A DNA stretch of 64,000 nucleotides. Source: Octopus sinensis. Taxonomy: Eukaryota. The position numbers and the translations under genes were made by a program. The notes under the pieces were generated by a model, which saw only the letters and a program-made list of their open reading frames with translations, did not search any database and was not told where the DNA came from. The stretch spans positions 7,626,001 to 7,690,000 of the forward strand of contig NC_043020.1 in the NCBI RefSeq assembly GCF_006345805.1. Reading direction: 5' to 3'. How positions within the stretch are numbered: position 1 is the stretch's first letter; the number at the start of each line of letters is the position of its first letter. Shown one piece after another: positions 21,889 through 33,574 of this stretch.

Positions 21889-22269
21889 TGATAATTTTTA
21901 TACATGCACGAAGGAATGTTTATGCATGCACAAACATCCCTTCGTTCCTCCCTGTTTTCAAAACTGCCTCAACTCCCGCTTTTTCTTTTTCTGTCCCCTG
22001 ATCCTCTTTCTCTCTTCTTTTTATCACTCAAAAAAAAAAAAAAAGCCCAAATACACCTCAGATCGAGATATAGGGTTCAAACAGCCTCCAGGTCTTCTAA
22101 TATTAACGACAGTCATCTCCATCTATGTCCAAACTTACTAATAATTCCTTCAGTTTTTTTTTTTTTTGTTTAATCGTTCTACTGCTTCTACCAAACTGAA
22201 AAGTTTTATGATATGTACTAAATTACTCGGGACTCGTTGGGTCTCCAGTAGTTCAAGGTAACTGAAAAA

Positions 22270-22830
22270 CTGCGTATATCGGGAACCCATGGTCTGATTC
22301 ATGCGAAACTTGTTTTATTCCATTTGTATTTACATTTCAATGACACCTTACTTTCAAAGCATTTTCCCAAAGCATGTACCGGTTTGGCTATTTATAAAGG
22401 TACCCGCAAAAACCACGTATCTCGGGAACTCGTGGTCTGACTTATGTGAAACTTGTCTTTTACTCTTTGCATTCCCAATTCAGGGGTACCATACTTTCAG
22501 AGTATTTCCCCATTATGCACCGTTTTGGTTGTATTAAATTACAGACAAGCACACATGCATGCAAGCAAGCAAGCATGCAAGCAAGCAGGCAAGCAAGCAA
22601 AATTATCCAGGTGTTCACAGTAAAGGGCAATAACTCCAGATTTCACTGCTTAAATTTGTAGAAACAAACCCCAAAAAGCAGCATATCTTGAGAATCTTTA
22701 GTCTGCATTATGCAAAACTTGTATTATTCTGTTTATATTCATATTTCAGGAGTGCCTTACTTTCAGAGTATTTCCCCATTATGTGCCAGTTTGGTTGTAT
22801 TAAATTACAGACAAGTGCACAAGCAAGCAA
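22270..22830. repeat. Three degenerate tandem units, possibly Helitron-internal
   Basis: ATG(C/T)(G/A)AAACTTGT...TACTTTCA(G/A)AG(T/C)ATTT(C/T)CCCA at ~22301, ~22444, ~22711; the last two continue identically to TTGGTTGTATTAAATTACAGACAAG. Confidence 0.6.
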
Positions 22831-23217
22831 TCACAGACTTTTAGTATTATACAGATAGTAATGTTTAAATTGTAGCATATTAGGAAAGCTATTTTAGTTG
22901 TCACATCATAGAACAGTTGTGCTATGGCATTCTCCAACCAATCAGGGCTGGGCGCATATGAATACTAGAGGTAGTTCTCTACTCATGAAGTGAAGCATGT
23001 GTTTTAATCAGCTTGCGGATAGACAGCAGAAGAGCAAGACCTCTCTTTCAACATGGAACAGCCTTGCTGCTTTTTCATACTGCTTTCACGCTGCTAGCTC
23101 TAAATTTTTAATCGCTCTCAACTTGCTACATTATGAATATCTCCTTGTTTTTCACACCAACTTCACACTGCTAGCTTTGAATTATACCTACCCTCAAACA
23201 CTGATTACTCCATAAGA

Positions 23218-24440
23218 TGTACCCATTGTAAGCTATGGACATGTAAGAAGTGCAGCAACATCAAAGGAAGATTAACCGAGAAGATAGCTTTCATGTGCAG
23301 CAGATGCACAGGAGCAATAAACACCACAGATGCTCAGAAAACAGGTTCCATCACACTCCAGGAGAAGAAACTAGAAGTAGTTGATAGCTTCCACTATCCA
23401 GGTGACCAAGTTAGTGGTGGGAGTGGATGCTCAGAGAGTGTTACCACTAGAATAAGAATAGCCTGGGCAAAGTTTAGAAAACTTCTACCCCTACTGGTGA
23501 CAAAGGGCCTCTCGCTCAGTGTGAAAGGTAGATTGTACGATGCATGTGTGCAAGCTGCCATGCTTCACGATAGTGAAACATGGGCCGTGACTGCAGAGGA
23601 TATGCATAGGCTCAAAAGAAATGAAGCTAGCATGATCCGCTGGATGTGTAATGTCAGTGTGCACACACGACAGAATGTAAGCCCCCTGAGAGAAATGTTA
23701 GACATAAGAAGCATCAGATGTGGCATGCAAGAGAGACGTTTGTGGTGGTATGGTCATGTACTACAGATGGATGAGGAGAGATGTGTGAAGAAGTGCCACT
23801 CCCAAACAGTTGAAGAAATCTGGGGCAGAGGTAGACCCAGGAAGACATGGGATGAGGTGGTCAAGTATGACCTTCGAACATTGGGCCTCACAGAGGCAAT
23901 GACAAAAAACCGAGACCTCTAGAGATATGCTGTGACTGCGAAGACCCGGCAAATAAAGTTAGTTCAGGGCTGTATCCTACACCAGTTTCGCATAACCAGC
24001 CCCAGCCCATTCAAAAGTACTTTGGATCATAGAGCAACCTGCTGTGCTTGAGGAGACCTATTGAGTCAAATACATCAACATCAAATTAAAAATCAAATGG
24101 AAATTGTAGTTGTGGTACCCTTGCCGGTGGCACGTAGAAAGCACCGTCCGAATGTGGCCGATGCCAGTGCTGCCATTGACTGGCTTCCATGCCAGTGGCA
24201 TGTAAAAAGCACCAATCGATTGTGACCATTTGCCAGCCTCCCCTGCCCCCTGTGCCGATGGCACGTAAAAAGCATCCACTACACTCACGGAGTGGTTGGC
24301 GTTAGGAAGGGCATCCAGCCGTAGAAACACTGCCAGATCAGACTGGAGCCTGGTGCAGCCTACTGGCTTACCAGACCCCGGTCGCACCGTCCAACCCATG
24401 CTAGCATGGAAAACAGACCTTAAACAATGATGATGATGAT
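23218..24440 (+). mobile_element. RTE-clade LINE 3' part with complete 3' UTR (source of family C)
   Basis: CSRC...LEVVDSFHYPGD...RIAWAKFRKLLPLL...KGRLYDACV...SETWA...MIRWMCNV...RRLWWYGHV...GRGRPRKTW; continues into the family-C sequence and a (GAT)n tail. Confidence 0.93.
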
Positions 24441-24459
24441 ACACACACACACACACACA

Positions 24460-24665
24460 TGAGGGAGTGCTGTAAAAGAAAATATAGGAGGGTCGGTTAA
24501 TTATGATTTTATTCCACATATTCCCCTCTCATATTAAAACACTTATTGTGATGGTCCTTCAGTTTTTCCAAGTCCTATAAAAGAACCTGGATGGTTGGGC
24601 CTCCAACTAGGCCTTTTGTGATATCCTTAAAGCCAGGAAATTTTCAGCACCCTACCCTACTCATA
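24460..24665. mobile_element. Mariner-type MITE, partly deleted
   Basis: Same body as 46321-46535 (AATTATGATTTTATTC...CCAGGAAATTTTCAGCACCC). Confidence 0.7.
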
Positions 24666-24913
24666 TATACCAGAGTTCAAAGTAGTACAAATTATAAAAA
24701 ACAAAAGACAGAGACAGGGAGGGAACAACAAACAAAGTGCATTAGTTTGACATTTAGGAAAAATGAAAGACTCTTTGACATTTTGAGCCTATGCTCTTCT
24801 GCGGAAAGGAATGAGAAAGAAAACAGGTGGAAAAAGGAAAAAGAAAAGGAGAAAGAAAAAGATAAAACATGTCTGGATCAACGGTTGCACTAGTGTGTAT
24901 GTATATATATATG

Positions 24914-25298
24914 AGGAGGCGCAATGGCCCAGTGGTTAGGGCAGTGGACTCGTGGTCATAGGATCGCGGTTTTGATTCCCAGACCGGGTGTTGTGAGTGT
25001 TTATTGAGCGAAAACACCTAAAGCTCCACGAGGCTCCGGCAGGGGATGGTGGTGATCCCTGCTGTACTCTTTCACCACAACTTTCTCTCACTCTTACTTC
25101 CTGTTTCTGTTGTACCTGTATTTCAAAGGGCCGGCCTTGTCACTCTCTGTGTCATGCTGAATATCCCCGAGAAATACGTTAAGGGTACATGTGTCTGTGG
25201 AGTGCTCAGCCACTTACACGTTAATTTCACGAGCAGGCTGTTCCGTTGATTCGGATCAACCGGAACCCTCATCGTCGTAACCGACGGAGTGCTTCCAC
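24914..25298 (+). mobile_element. tRNA-derived SINE family D
   Basis: A box TGGCCCAGTGG, B box GGTTTTGATTCC, about 385-bp unique body. Confidence 0.8.
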
Positions 25299-25679
25299 AT
25301 AAATGTTTATAACTTGAAGAAGTTGATGTAATGTTAAGCCAAGGCTGGGATTGAGATGGTGGTAAAGGATCGGAGAGATATGGAGCAGATAGAAAGATAG
25401 ATAAAAAGCAGATAGAAAAGACTGGAATGGGACTCAAAGTTGAAGCTGAGTGAGGGCTGAAATTGTGTTTGAGGTTGAGTTTAGTTTAGTTTTTAGTTTT
25501 GAAGTGGGAGTGAGTAATAGGGTGGCAAAGGTTGAAATGAGAAGGAAATTGAGGTTGAACTCAAGTTGAGGTTGAAGGGTAACTTAAGTGAAGTTTGAGG
25601 CTGAGGTGTGAAGCAAAATGCCTGAAGTTTAATATTAAGAGATTAGTTTCAGGTTCCTGGAACTTTGCCTACTTTCCAC

Positions 25680-26090
25680 ACACACACATGTATGTTTATA
25701 TATATATATATATATATAAATAATACATATAATATATATATACACATAATTTATATATACATACATATATACATATATGCATACATATATACATAAATAT
25801 ATATATATATATATACACACATATATAATATATACATGTATGTATGTATGTATGCATGCATGTATGCATGTATGTATGCATGTATGTATGTATGTGTATG
25901 TATGTATGTATGCATGTATGTATGTATGTATGTATGCATGTATGCATGTATGTATGCATGTATGTATGTATGTATGTATGTTTGTATGTATGTATGTATG
26001 TTTGTATGTATGCATGTGTGTGTGAATATATGTATGTACGAATGTATGTATGTATGTATGTATGTATGTATGTATGTGTGGGTGTATGTA
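25680..26090. repeat. Compound (TA)/(TATG)/(TGCA) microsatellite
   Basis: Direct reading. Confidence 0.95.
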
Positions 26091-26337
26091 TACTCATAAG
26101 CTTACAGGGTGTGGAAAAAAAACATCCCACGTTTGCCATTCTTGATAAATGCTTCAACAGCAAATGACTGGTAACTGAGAAGAAGAAAAAAAAAATTCGG
26201 TAAAACATTAGCTACATGAAGACACCATTACCACCTGTGTAACTTCACTGGTGCTACATGAATGGCTTTGTAAAATATGGAAGGTTTTGTTTCACTTCTG
26301 TTGCACTCTGTATATATGTATGTGTGTGTGTGTGTTT

Positions 26338-26720
26338 ATCTTTTACTTGTTTCAGTCATTAGACTGTGGCCATGCTGGGGCATCATCTTTAAGAATTTTT
26401 AGTCAAATGAATTAACCTCAGTACTTGATTTTTTTTTTTTTTGCTAAGCCTCAGACTTATTCCATCAGTCTCTTTTACCAAACCATTCAGTTACAGGGAT
26501 GTAAACACACCAACACCGGTTGTTAAGCGGTGGCGGGGGGTAAACAAAATCACACTCAAACACACACACAAAGATATATATATATATATGTATTTATGTA
26601 AGATGGGTTTCTTCCAGTTTCTGTCTATCAAATTCACTCACAAGGCTCTGGTCAGCCTGAGGCTATAGTAGAAGACACTTGCCTGAGATGCCACGTGCTG
26701 GGATTGAACTCAGAACTATG
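26338..26720 (-). mobile_element. SINE family A, older
   Basis: Reverse complement of the family-A body, CpG-decayed. Confidence 0.85.
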
Positions 26721-26772
26721 GGTGTGTATATATATATATACATATATAGGTATGTATATACATATGTATATA

Positions 26773-26835
<63 letters not shown>

Positions 26836-27023
26836 AATAATGAAGGGTGAAATTAATTAATTTGGAATAATTATCAATTACACCAAGTAGTCTTCGGCAT
26901 GTAAAGGCCTCATTCGAGGAAAATTTAAGTAATACTAAGCAATAAAGGGTTTAGCAACGAATTGCCTTATACATATGTATATATATATATGTATATATAC
27001 ATATATATGTATGTATGTGTATG

Positions 27024-27054
<31 letters not shown>

Positions 27055-27547
27055 ATATGTATGGTATATGTCTGTATGTATGTATGTGTATGTGTGTGTT
27101 ATTTAATATAATCTGAAGAATAAAGAATTCTATAAACTTGACATGGCATTGAGGAGGAAAGGCTTCTGATTCTCTGTAGATAAGAAGGCAGCTGTTTACA
27201 TGTTTCTACCTCAACAACTATCACCAGCACAGCAATTGTCGTACCTAATTGTCATCAAATGAAACACTTAAACATATACAAAAAAGTGTAAAATTCTTTT
27301 GTGGGTAAGGTAATTAGCATATGTTTATGGCTTTGTTATTTTAGATAATCTGTTGTGTCATTTTCTTTTTATGCCTTATAATTTAACACACTCACCGGTA
27401 AAATTTCCACTTATTCTTTATTTTTATTTTCCTAAAATTTTTGTTGCTCCTTGCAACCTTTTCCATAGTCTTGACTCTGTCCGTTATTTATACTGCGTTC
27501 CTTTTTGTTTGTGTGCATGTGTGTGGGTCAGTGTGTGCGTTGTCCCT

Positions 27548-27900
27548 ATGTATGTATGTATGTATGTATGTATGTATGTATGTATGTATGTGTGTATGTA
27601 TGTATGTATGTATGTATGCATGTATGTATGTGTGTATGTATGTATGTATGTGTGTATGTATGTATGTATGTATGTATGTATGTATGTATGTATGTATGTA
27701 TGTATGTATGTATGTATGTGTGTGTGTATGTATGTATGTATGTATGTATGTATGTGTGTATGTATGTATGTATGTATGTATGTATGTATGTGTGTATGTG
27801 TGTATGTATGTATGTATGTATGTATGTATGTATGTATGTATGTATGCATGTATGTGTGTATGTATGTATGTATGTGTGTATGTATGCATGTGTGTGTCTG
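27548..27900. repeat. (TATG)n array
   Basis: Direct reading. Confidence 0.97.
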
Positions 27901-28146
27901 AGCGTGTGTTTGTATATGTATGCACTTCTGTCTCCTTGTGTGTGTGTGTGCGTGTGTTATGCAACTATGTACCATGTTTGTATGTATGGATGTGCATCTC
28001 TATATGTGTGGACTCGGGTCTCCATATTTTAGATAGATGAAGCGAAACTGAACTAAGGGAAATAACACAAAGTGGCTAGTGGCATGTGTTTGAAGAAGAA
28101 GGACAAAAGACAAATAAAAGTACAGTAAATAACATACAGGTTAAAT

Positions 28147-28186
28147 CCATGAAGTGTTTCTGCCTCCATAGGCCTCATCAGCATAG
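28147..28186 (-). ncRNA. Hammerhead-like motif with canonical CUGAUGA core
   Basis: Minus: CTATG-CTGATGA-G-GCCT(ATGG)AGGC-A-GAAAC-ACTT-CATGG; cleavage triplet region degenerate. Confidence 0.55.
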
Positions 28187-28223
28187 CAATTATCCTAATT
28201 TTCCTTCAGCAGATGAGTTACTT

Positions 28224-28758
28224 TAAGGCCGCGAGCTGGCAGAAACGTTAGCACGCCGGGCGAAATGCTTAGCGATATTTTGTCTGCCACTATATTTTGA
28301 GTTCAAATTTTGCCAAGGCCAACTTTGCCTTTCATCCTTTCGGGGTCGATTAAATAAGTACCAGTTACGCACTAGGGTTGATATAATCAACTTGGAAGGC
28401 TGGCAGAAACGTTAGCACACCGGGCAAAATGCGTAGCCGTATTTCGTCTGCTGTTTTTCGTTCTGAGTTCAAATTCAGCCAAGGTCGACTTTGCCTTTCA
28501 TCCTTTCGGGGTCGGTAAATTAAGTACCAGTTACGCACTGGGGTCGATATAATCGACTTAATCCGTCTGTCTGTCCTTGTTTGTCTCCTCTGTGTTTAGC
28601 CCCTTGTAGGTAGTAAAGAAATAGGTATTTCGTCTGCCGCTACGTTCTGAGTTCAAATTCCGCCGAGATCGACTTTGCCTTACGCACTGGGGTTGATATA
28701 ATAGACTTAATCTGTTTGTCCCCTCTGTGTGTAGCCCCTTGTGGGCAATAAAGAAATA
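28224..28758 (+). mobile_element. SINE family B trimer-like composite
   Basis: Flanked by a 13-bp TSD, AGATGAGTTACTT (28211-28223) and AGATGAGATACTT (28759-28771). Confidence 0.9.
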
Positions 28759-28974
28759 AGATGAGATACTTAGAAATATGGCTAAAGTGATTGGTATAAA
28801 TAATGAAAACGAGCAAAGTGGCTAGTCAAGTATTTAAACAATAAAGAGAAGTAAGAAATGCTTCCTTTTGTACATGTTTAAATGTCTTGTCGTGTGAAGA
28901 TAAGGTAAGACATTGCTTCTTTGTTGTAAGAAGCTAGGGAAGAAGGGAACGTAGTGACCCCTCTACTACCATCG

Positions 28975-30075
28975 GTTATCTTTTATGCGTTTCAGTGATT
29001 GGACTGAGGCCATGCTGGGGCACTGCCATGTAGAGTTTCAGTCAAATGAATCAACTGCAGTGCTTACATTTTCTCCTAGTCTGCTACATATTCTGTCAGT
29101 TTCTATTGCTGAACTGCAAGTTATGGGACGCATACACAAACTGACACCGTTTATCAAACAGTGGTGGAGTGTGGGTACAAACACAAACACACTCATATAT
29201 GAGGATTATATGTGTGTGTGTGTGTGTGGGTGTGTGTGTGTGTATAATTTTTGACTTATTTCAGTCATTTGACTATGGCCCAGGGCTTATTTTTTTAAAG
29301 CTTAGTACCTATTCTATCTGTCACTTTTTCTGAACTGCTAAGTTACAGGGATGTATACACACCAACACCGGTTGTCAAGTGGTGATGGACACACACCCAC
29401 ACACACACATCATCATATATCTATCTATCTATCTATCTGTTTCTACACTCATGGAGTGGTTGGCGTTAGGAAGGGCATCCAGCCGTAGAAACATTGCCAG
29501 ATCAGACTGGGCCTGGTGCAGCCTTCTGGCTTCCCAGACCCCAGTTGCACCGTCCAACCCATGCCAGCATGGAAAGCGGATGCTAAACGATGATGATGAT
29601 GATGATATATATATATATATATATATATGTGTGTAGAAGGGTGAAAAGGAACACACAAGTTGATATATATGGAAAAAAAGTCAATATAGAAAATGCTAAA
29701 ATAATTTTGTATATTTATATACACACACAAACTTATTGTTAACAGAAGTTGGGATGTGTGGCATTCACTTATTCCATAAATGAAAAATGCATTAAGCACT
29801 ACAAAACATACATATGGTACAGAGACCAGAACCTTAATACTTCATCAGTTATTGACAGAAAAATGCTAACACCTAGTTTCATGGCTTTAATGATAAGACT
29901 AGGAACTTTGTATATTGGTGTAGCTGTGTGCTTGAGAAGCTTGCTTTCCAACTGCATGGTTTCAAATTCAATCCACCCACATACCACCTTCGGCAGGTGT
30001 CTTCTAAGATAGTCTTGGCCGGATAAAAGCCTTGAGAGTAGATTTGGTAGACAGAAACTGAAAAAACAGCAGTCA
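28975..30075. mobile_element. Cluster of decayed family A pieces and a family C copy (29445-29610, +)
   Basis: Family-diagnostic motifs in both orientations. Confidence 0.7.
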
Positions 30076-30162
30076 TGTATATTTGCACATGTATGTGTGT
30101 GTGTGTGTGTGTGTGTGTGAGCGTGTGTGTGTGTGTGTGCGTGTGTATGTGCGTGTGTGTGT

Positions 30163-30197
<35 letters not shown>

Positions 30198-30622
30198 GTC
30201 TTGACAGCACATGATTGTTGTAAGTGGACATCTTGCATTTCCAATGTTCTGCATGAACATGTCTGGCCATCAGGGAAATATTACCCTGCTTCCAAACAGG
30301 TGAGGGTTGGCAACAGGAAGGGCACCCATCATCATCATCATCATTTAATGTCCGTTGTCCATGCTGGCATGGGCTAGACTGTTTAAACATAGCTGGCAAG
30401 CTGGAAGGCTGCACTAGGCTCCAGTCTGATTTGGCACGGTTTCTACGGTTCGATGACCTTCCACTCCAAGAATGCCAACCACCAGTAATAGGTGCTTACT
30501 CACGCAAGCATGGAAAAGTAGACAGTGAAACGATGACGAGACAATGATGATGATGATGATGACAACGATGGTGATGAAGATGATACTCAATGGGCTTCTT
30601 TCTGTTTCCCATCTACCAGTCC

Positions 30623-31015
30623 ATCTACCTGGACGTTATGAAAGAAGCTTGAGAGGCGGTTGGATGGAACCTACACTCGCCTCCTTATGAGAGCTCAAAA
30701 CCTCTCGTGGAAGCGCCATCCAACCAAAATGCAAATATATGGGAAACTACCACCTGTGTCATCTCTTGTGAAAGGTAGGAGAGTCCAGTTTGCTGGACAT
30801 TGTTGTAGAGCTGAAAACGAGGCAATTTCTACTCTTCTCCTCTGGAAGCCATCTACTCGCATTACCAGAGGGTGCACACTCTCCTACCCTGATGTAATCT
30901 CCAGGGATACAGGCATCCAGGAACAGGACCTCCGTAATGCTATGATGGACAGTGAAGTCTGGCGTAGCATGGTAAATTCCATTGTCTCGACCACGGTCGA
31001 ACAATGATGATGATG
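30623..31015 (+). mobile_element. Second RTE-family LINE 3' fragment inserted in an old SINE
   Basis: RRLDGTYTRLLMRAQNLSWKRH...RRVQFAGHC...LLLWKP...DTG...AMMD..VWR; (GAT)n tail; TSD ACCAGTCC at 30615-30622 and 31016-31023. Confidence 0.9.
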
Positions 31016-31059
31016 ACCAGTCCTCTCACAAGGCTTTTGTTCTGCCAGGGGATATTGTC

Positions 31060-31490
31060 GTAAAAGGTGCAGGTGCAGTGTCGCAGCTGGGTTGGTTGTG
31101 GTGGTGGTGGCGAGTCATGCAGCCCGTCCCCAGGGGACGCTTTTAAGGTGATGGCATTTTTTTGTATCAGCTGTAATAAGCCTGTATGGGCTTGGTGACT
31201 CGTTGAAGGAGGGAGGAACTCGATTACTGCCCTGGGCGGCACACAGTCTTAACTACGTCACTGTGCAGGTCTCTTGCCCGATTAGACAGACATCGAAAGT
31301 TCGTCGTTGAAAAACGACCTTCTTAAACCATAAAGACAATCGTGTTCGTTTCAGAGAAAATATTTGTATATACACTTAAAAAAGACAGGGTGGTCGTAGC
31401 TGGAAAGCTTTTTATATTTTTATCACGGGTTCGTCTGCCCGATTAAAGTTTAACTGGGATTAAACATCAGACATGTAATCCCAGTCTCTC
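31060..31490. promoter_or_regulatory. CpG-rich candidate cis-regulatory segment about 2 kb upstream of the candidate ATG
   Basis: Locally GC/CpG-rich non-repeat DNA; five TAATC(C/G) motifs; a TGACG half-site (CTACGTCAC). Confidence 0.3.
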
Positions 31491-31879
31491 TCTCTTTCTC
31501 TCACACACGCGCGCACAGACACACGTATACATGCATACACACACGCACACACACACATACACGTATATAAACACACTTACAGGTGCAAGGTTTACCCGGG
31601 GCTAAGCATCACACACGTATAATCACACACATATAAGGCTCATACACGTGCACATACACCGAGAATCATACACACACATAAATACATATATACACATAGA
31701 TGTACATACATACATGCATGCATGCATGCATGTATGTATACATACAACGTTGACCTGGGACTAAACACAAAAATATACACACATACATGTATACACACAT
31801 ACACACAGATGTACACGTACATGCACCACACACACACACATATACACACACACGGAGTTTGAGGCAAAACAAGAGGCTG

Positions 31880-32020
31880 TATGGGGGTCATTCGATCTGT
31901 TAGAAATAGCAGTCAAATCAACCTCAATTCACGCTCTTTTCATAAGAGTATCAAGGACAAAACTATTGAATGTGTCTAGGACGGGACATATGTGAAAAAA
32001 AATGCTGTCCTAGATACCGA
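31880..32020 (+). mobile_element. Remnant of SINE-like family F
   Basis: GTTAGAAATAGCAGTCAAATC...GTCCTAGATAC; complementary to the copies at 59140-59540. Confidence 0.55.
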
Positions 32021-32904
32021 AATATGAAGAAAAAATATCAATCAAGACGCCAGACATGATGGTCACGGACGGAGTATCTTGTTCATAGGCCTCATCGATC
32101 ATAATTGATATGAGGTTAAACGATAACAGAGAATAAGAAACATGCGAAGAAGGACGATCATAAAACATATCTATCAATAAACCTGTATGTATATGTGTGT
32201 GTAGAGAGAAAGATATATATAAACACATGATATAAACATAGACAGGCAGCCACAGATCAAATCAGAAGTGAGAATAAGAGAATATATAAAAAGAATAAGG
32301 AGGGAGAATATATGGCCGGGAAGAAGAGAATAAGAGAATACGAGAGAAGAGAAGAGAAGAGAAGAGTGGAACGTTATATATTCAGAGAGAGGGGGAGAGG
32401 GAGAGAGAAAGACACACACACACACACATATATATGTATATACACATACACACACAATCGTACACACGAGAGAAAGAGAGAGAGAGAGAGAATAAACTAT
32501 ATGAGAGAGACGGAACCGATATATTTATACACATACACACACATACATATACACACACATACATATACACACATGCATACATATATACATATATACATAA
32601 ATATATATACATACATATATATATCCCTATATATATTTGTGTATATATATATATCCCTATATATATTTGTGTATATATATATATCCCTATATATATTTGT
32701 GTATATATATATATATATTTGTATATGTAATATCGTAAGATATTTTATTGAGTTAGAAAACAGAGATCTCAAGTGTGTGTGTGTGTATGTGTGTGTGTGT
32801 GTATGTGTGTGTGTGTGTATGTGTGTGTGTATGTGTGTGTGTGTGTGTGTATGTGTGTGTATGTGTGTGTGTATGTGTGGTGTGTGTAAGAGAGAGAAAG
32901 ATAG

Positions 32905-33130
32905 AGGGCGGGGATGAATAAAAAAAGAACAATAATAATAATAATATCGAAGAGGGAACGGAATAGAATAATCGTAGAATAAGAAAAAAAAAAGTGAAGA
33001 GGAGAGAGACACAGAGAGAGAGAGAGAGGGGGAGGGGAGAAAAGAGAAGAGAAGAGAAGAGAAGAGAAGAAAGCGGGGCAGAGGAGAGAGAGAGAGAAAG
33101 AAAGAGAGAGAGAGGAGAGAAGAAAGAGAG
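32905..33130 (+). repeat. Purine-rich (GA/GAGAA)n tract just upstream of the candidate first exon
   Basis: Direct reading. Confidence 0.85.
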
Positions 33131-33488
33131 TAGGTCGGATGTGACAACAAGAAAAGTGTAGGACATGTCTTGGTCAGTGTTGCTCCATCACAAAAATCCA
33201 GTGTGACCAATTCATTGACAAATAATAGTAATAACAACATCAGTAAGAATATCAGCAACAAATAGTCACAAACTACGGCAATAACAAGATATATGTAGAA
33301 ATATATATGTATAGATATACAGAGGGAGTAAGAGCAACCGACATTATTTGTTGATAAACAGACGACACATCATTATTATTATTATTAGTTGTTATTATCA
33401 TTATTTATTATTATTTATTTAATTATTTCATTAATTATTATCGTTACCGTATCTCTGGTGTGCGATTTATACGGCTTAAGTTCCTACC

Positions 33489-33574
33489 ATGACCACCACC
33501 AACAGAAATAACTCAGGGAAAAGACCGTCTTTGAAAGAGATGGCTTTTGAGAAATTTGGTTTTGCTCAAAGAAG
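33489..33574 (+). CDS. Probable first coding exon of a host gene (MTTTNRNNSGKRPSLKEMAFEKFGFAQR+), product not recognised
   Basis: CCTACC-ATG (A at -3), 28 open codons plus AG, textbook donor AAG|GTAAGT, unique sequence preceded by 5'UTR-like DNA. Confidence 0.65.

Noticed and set aside
22040-22110. Minus-strand MEMTVVNIRRPGGCLNPISRSE as a first exon
   Set aside because: Donor GTGTAT is weak and there is no other support.
26890-26930. Minus-strand CGAATGA-GGC...GCC-GAAG hammerhead-like trace
   Set aside because: Both conserved core segments are altered; too degenerate to call.
33135-33265. VGCDNKKSVGHVLVSVAPSQKSS... as a coding exon
   Set aside because: Preceded by purines rather than an acceptor tract and ends in a stop; more likely 5' UTR/uORF of the 33489 exon.
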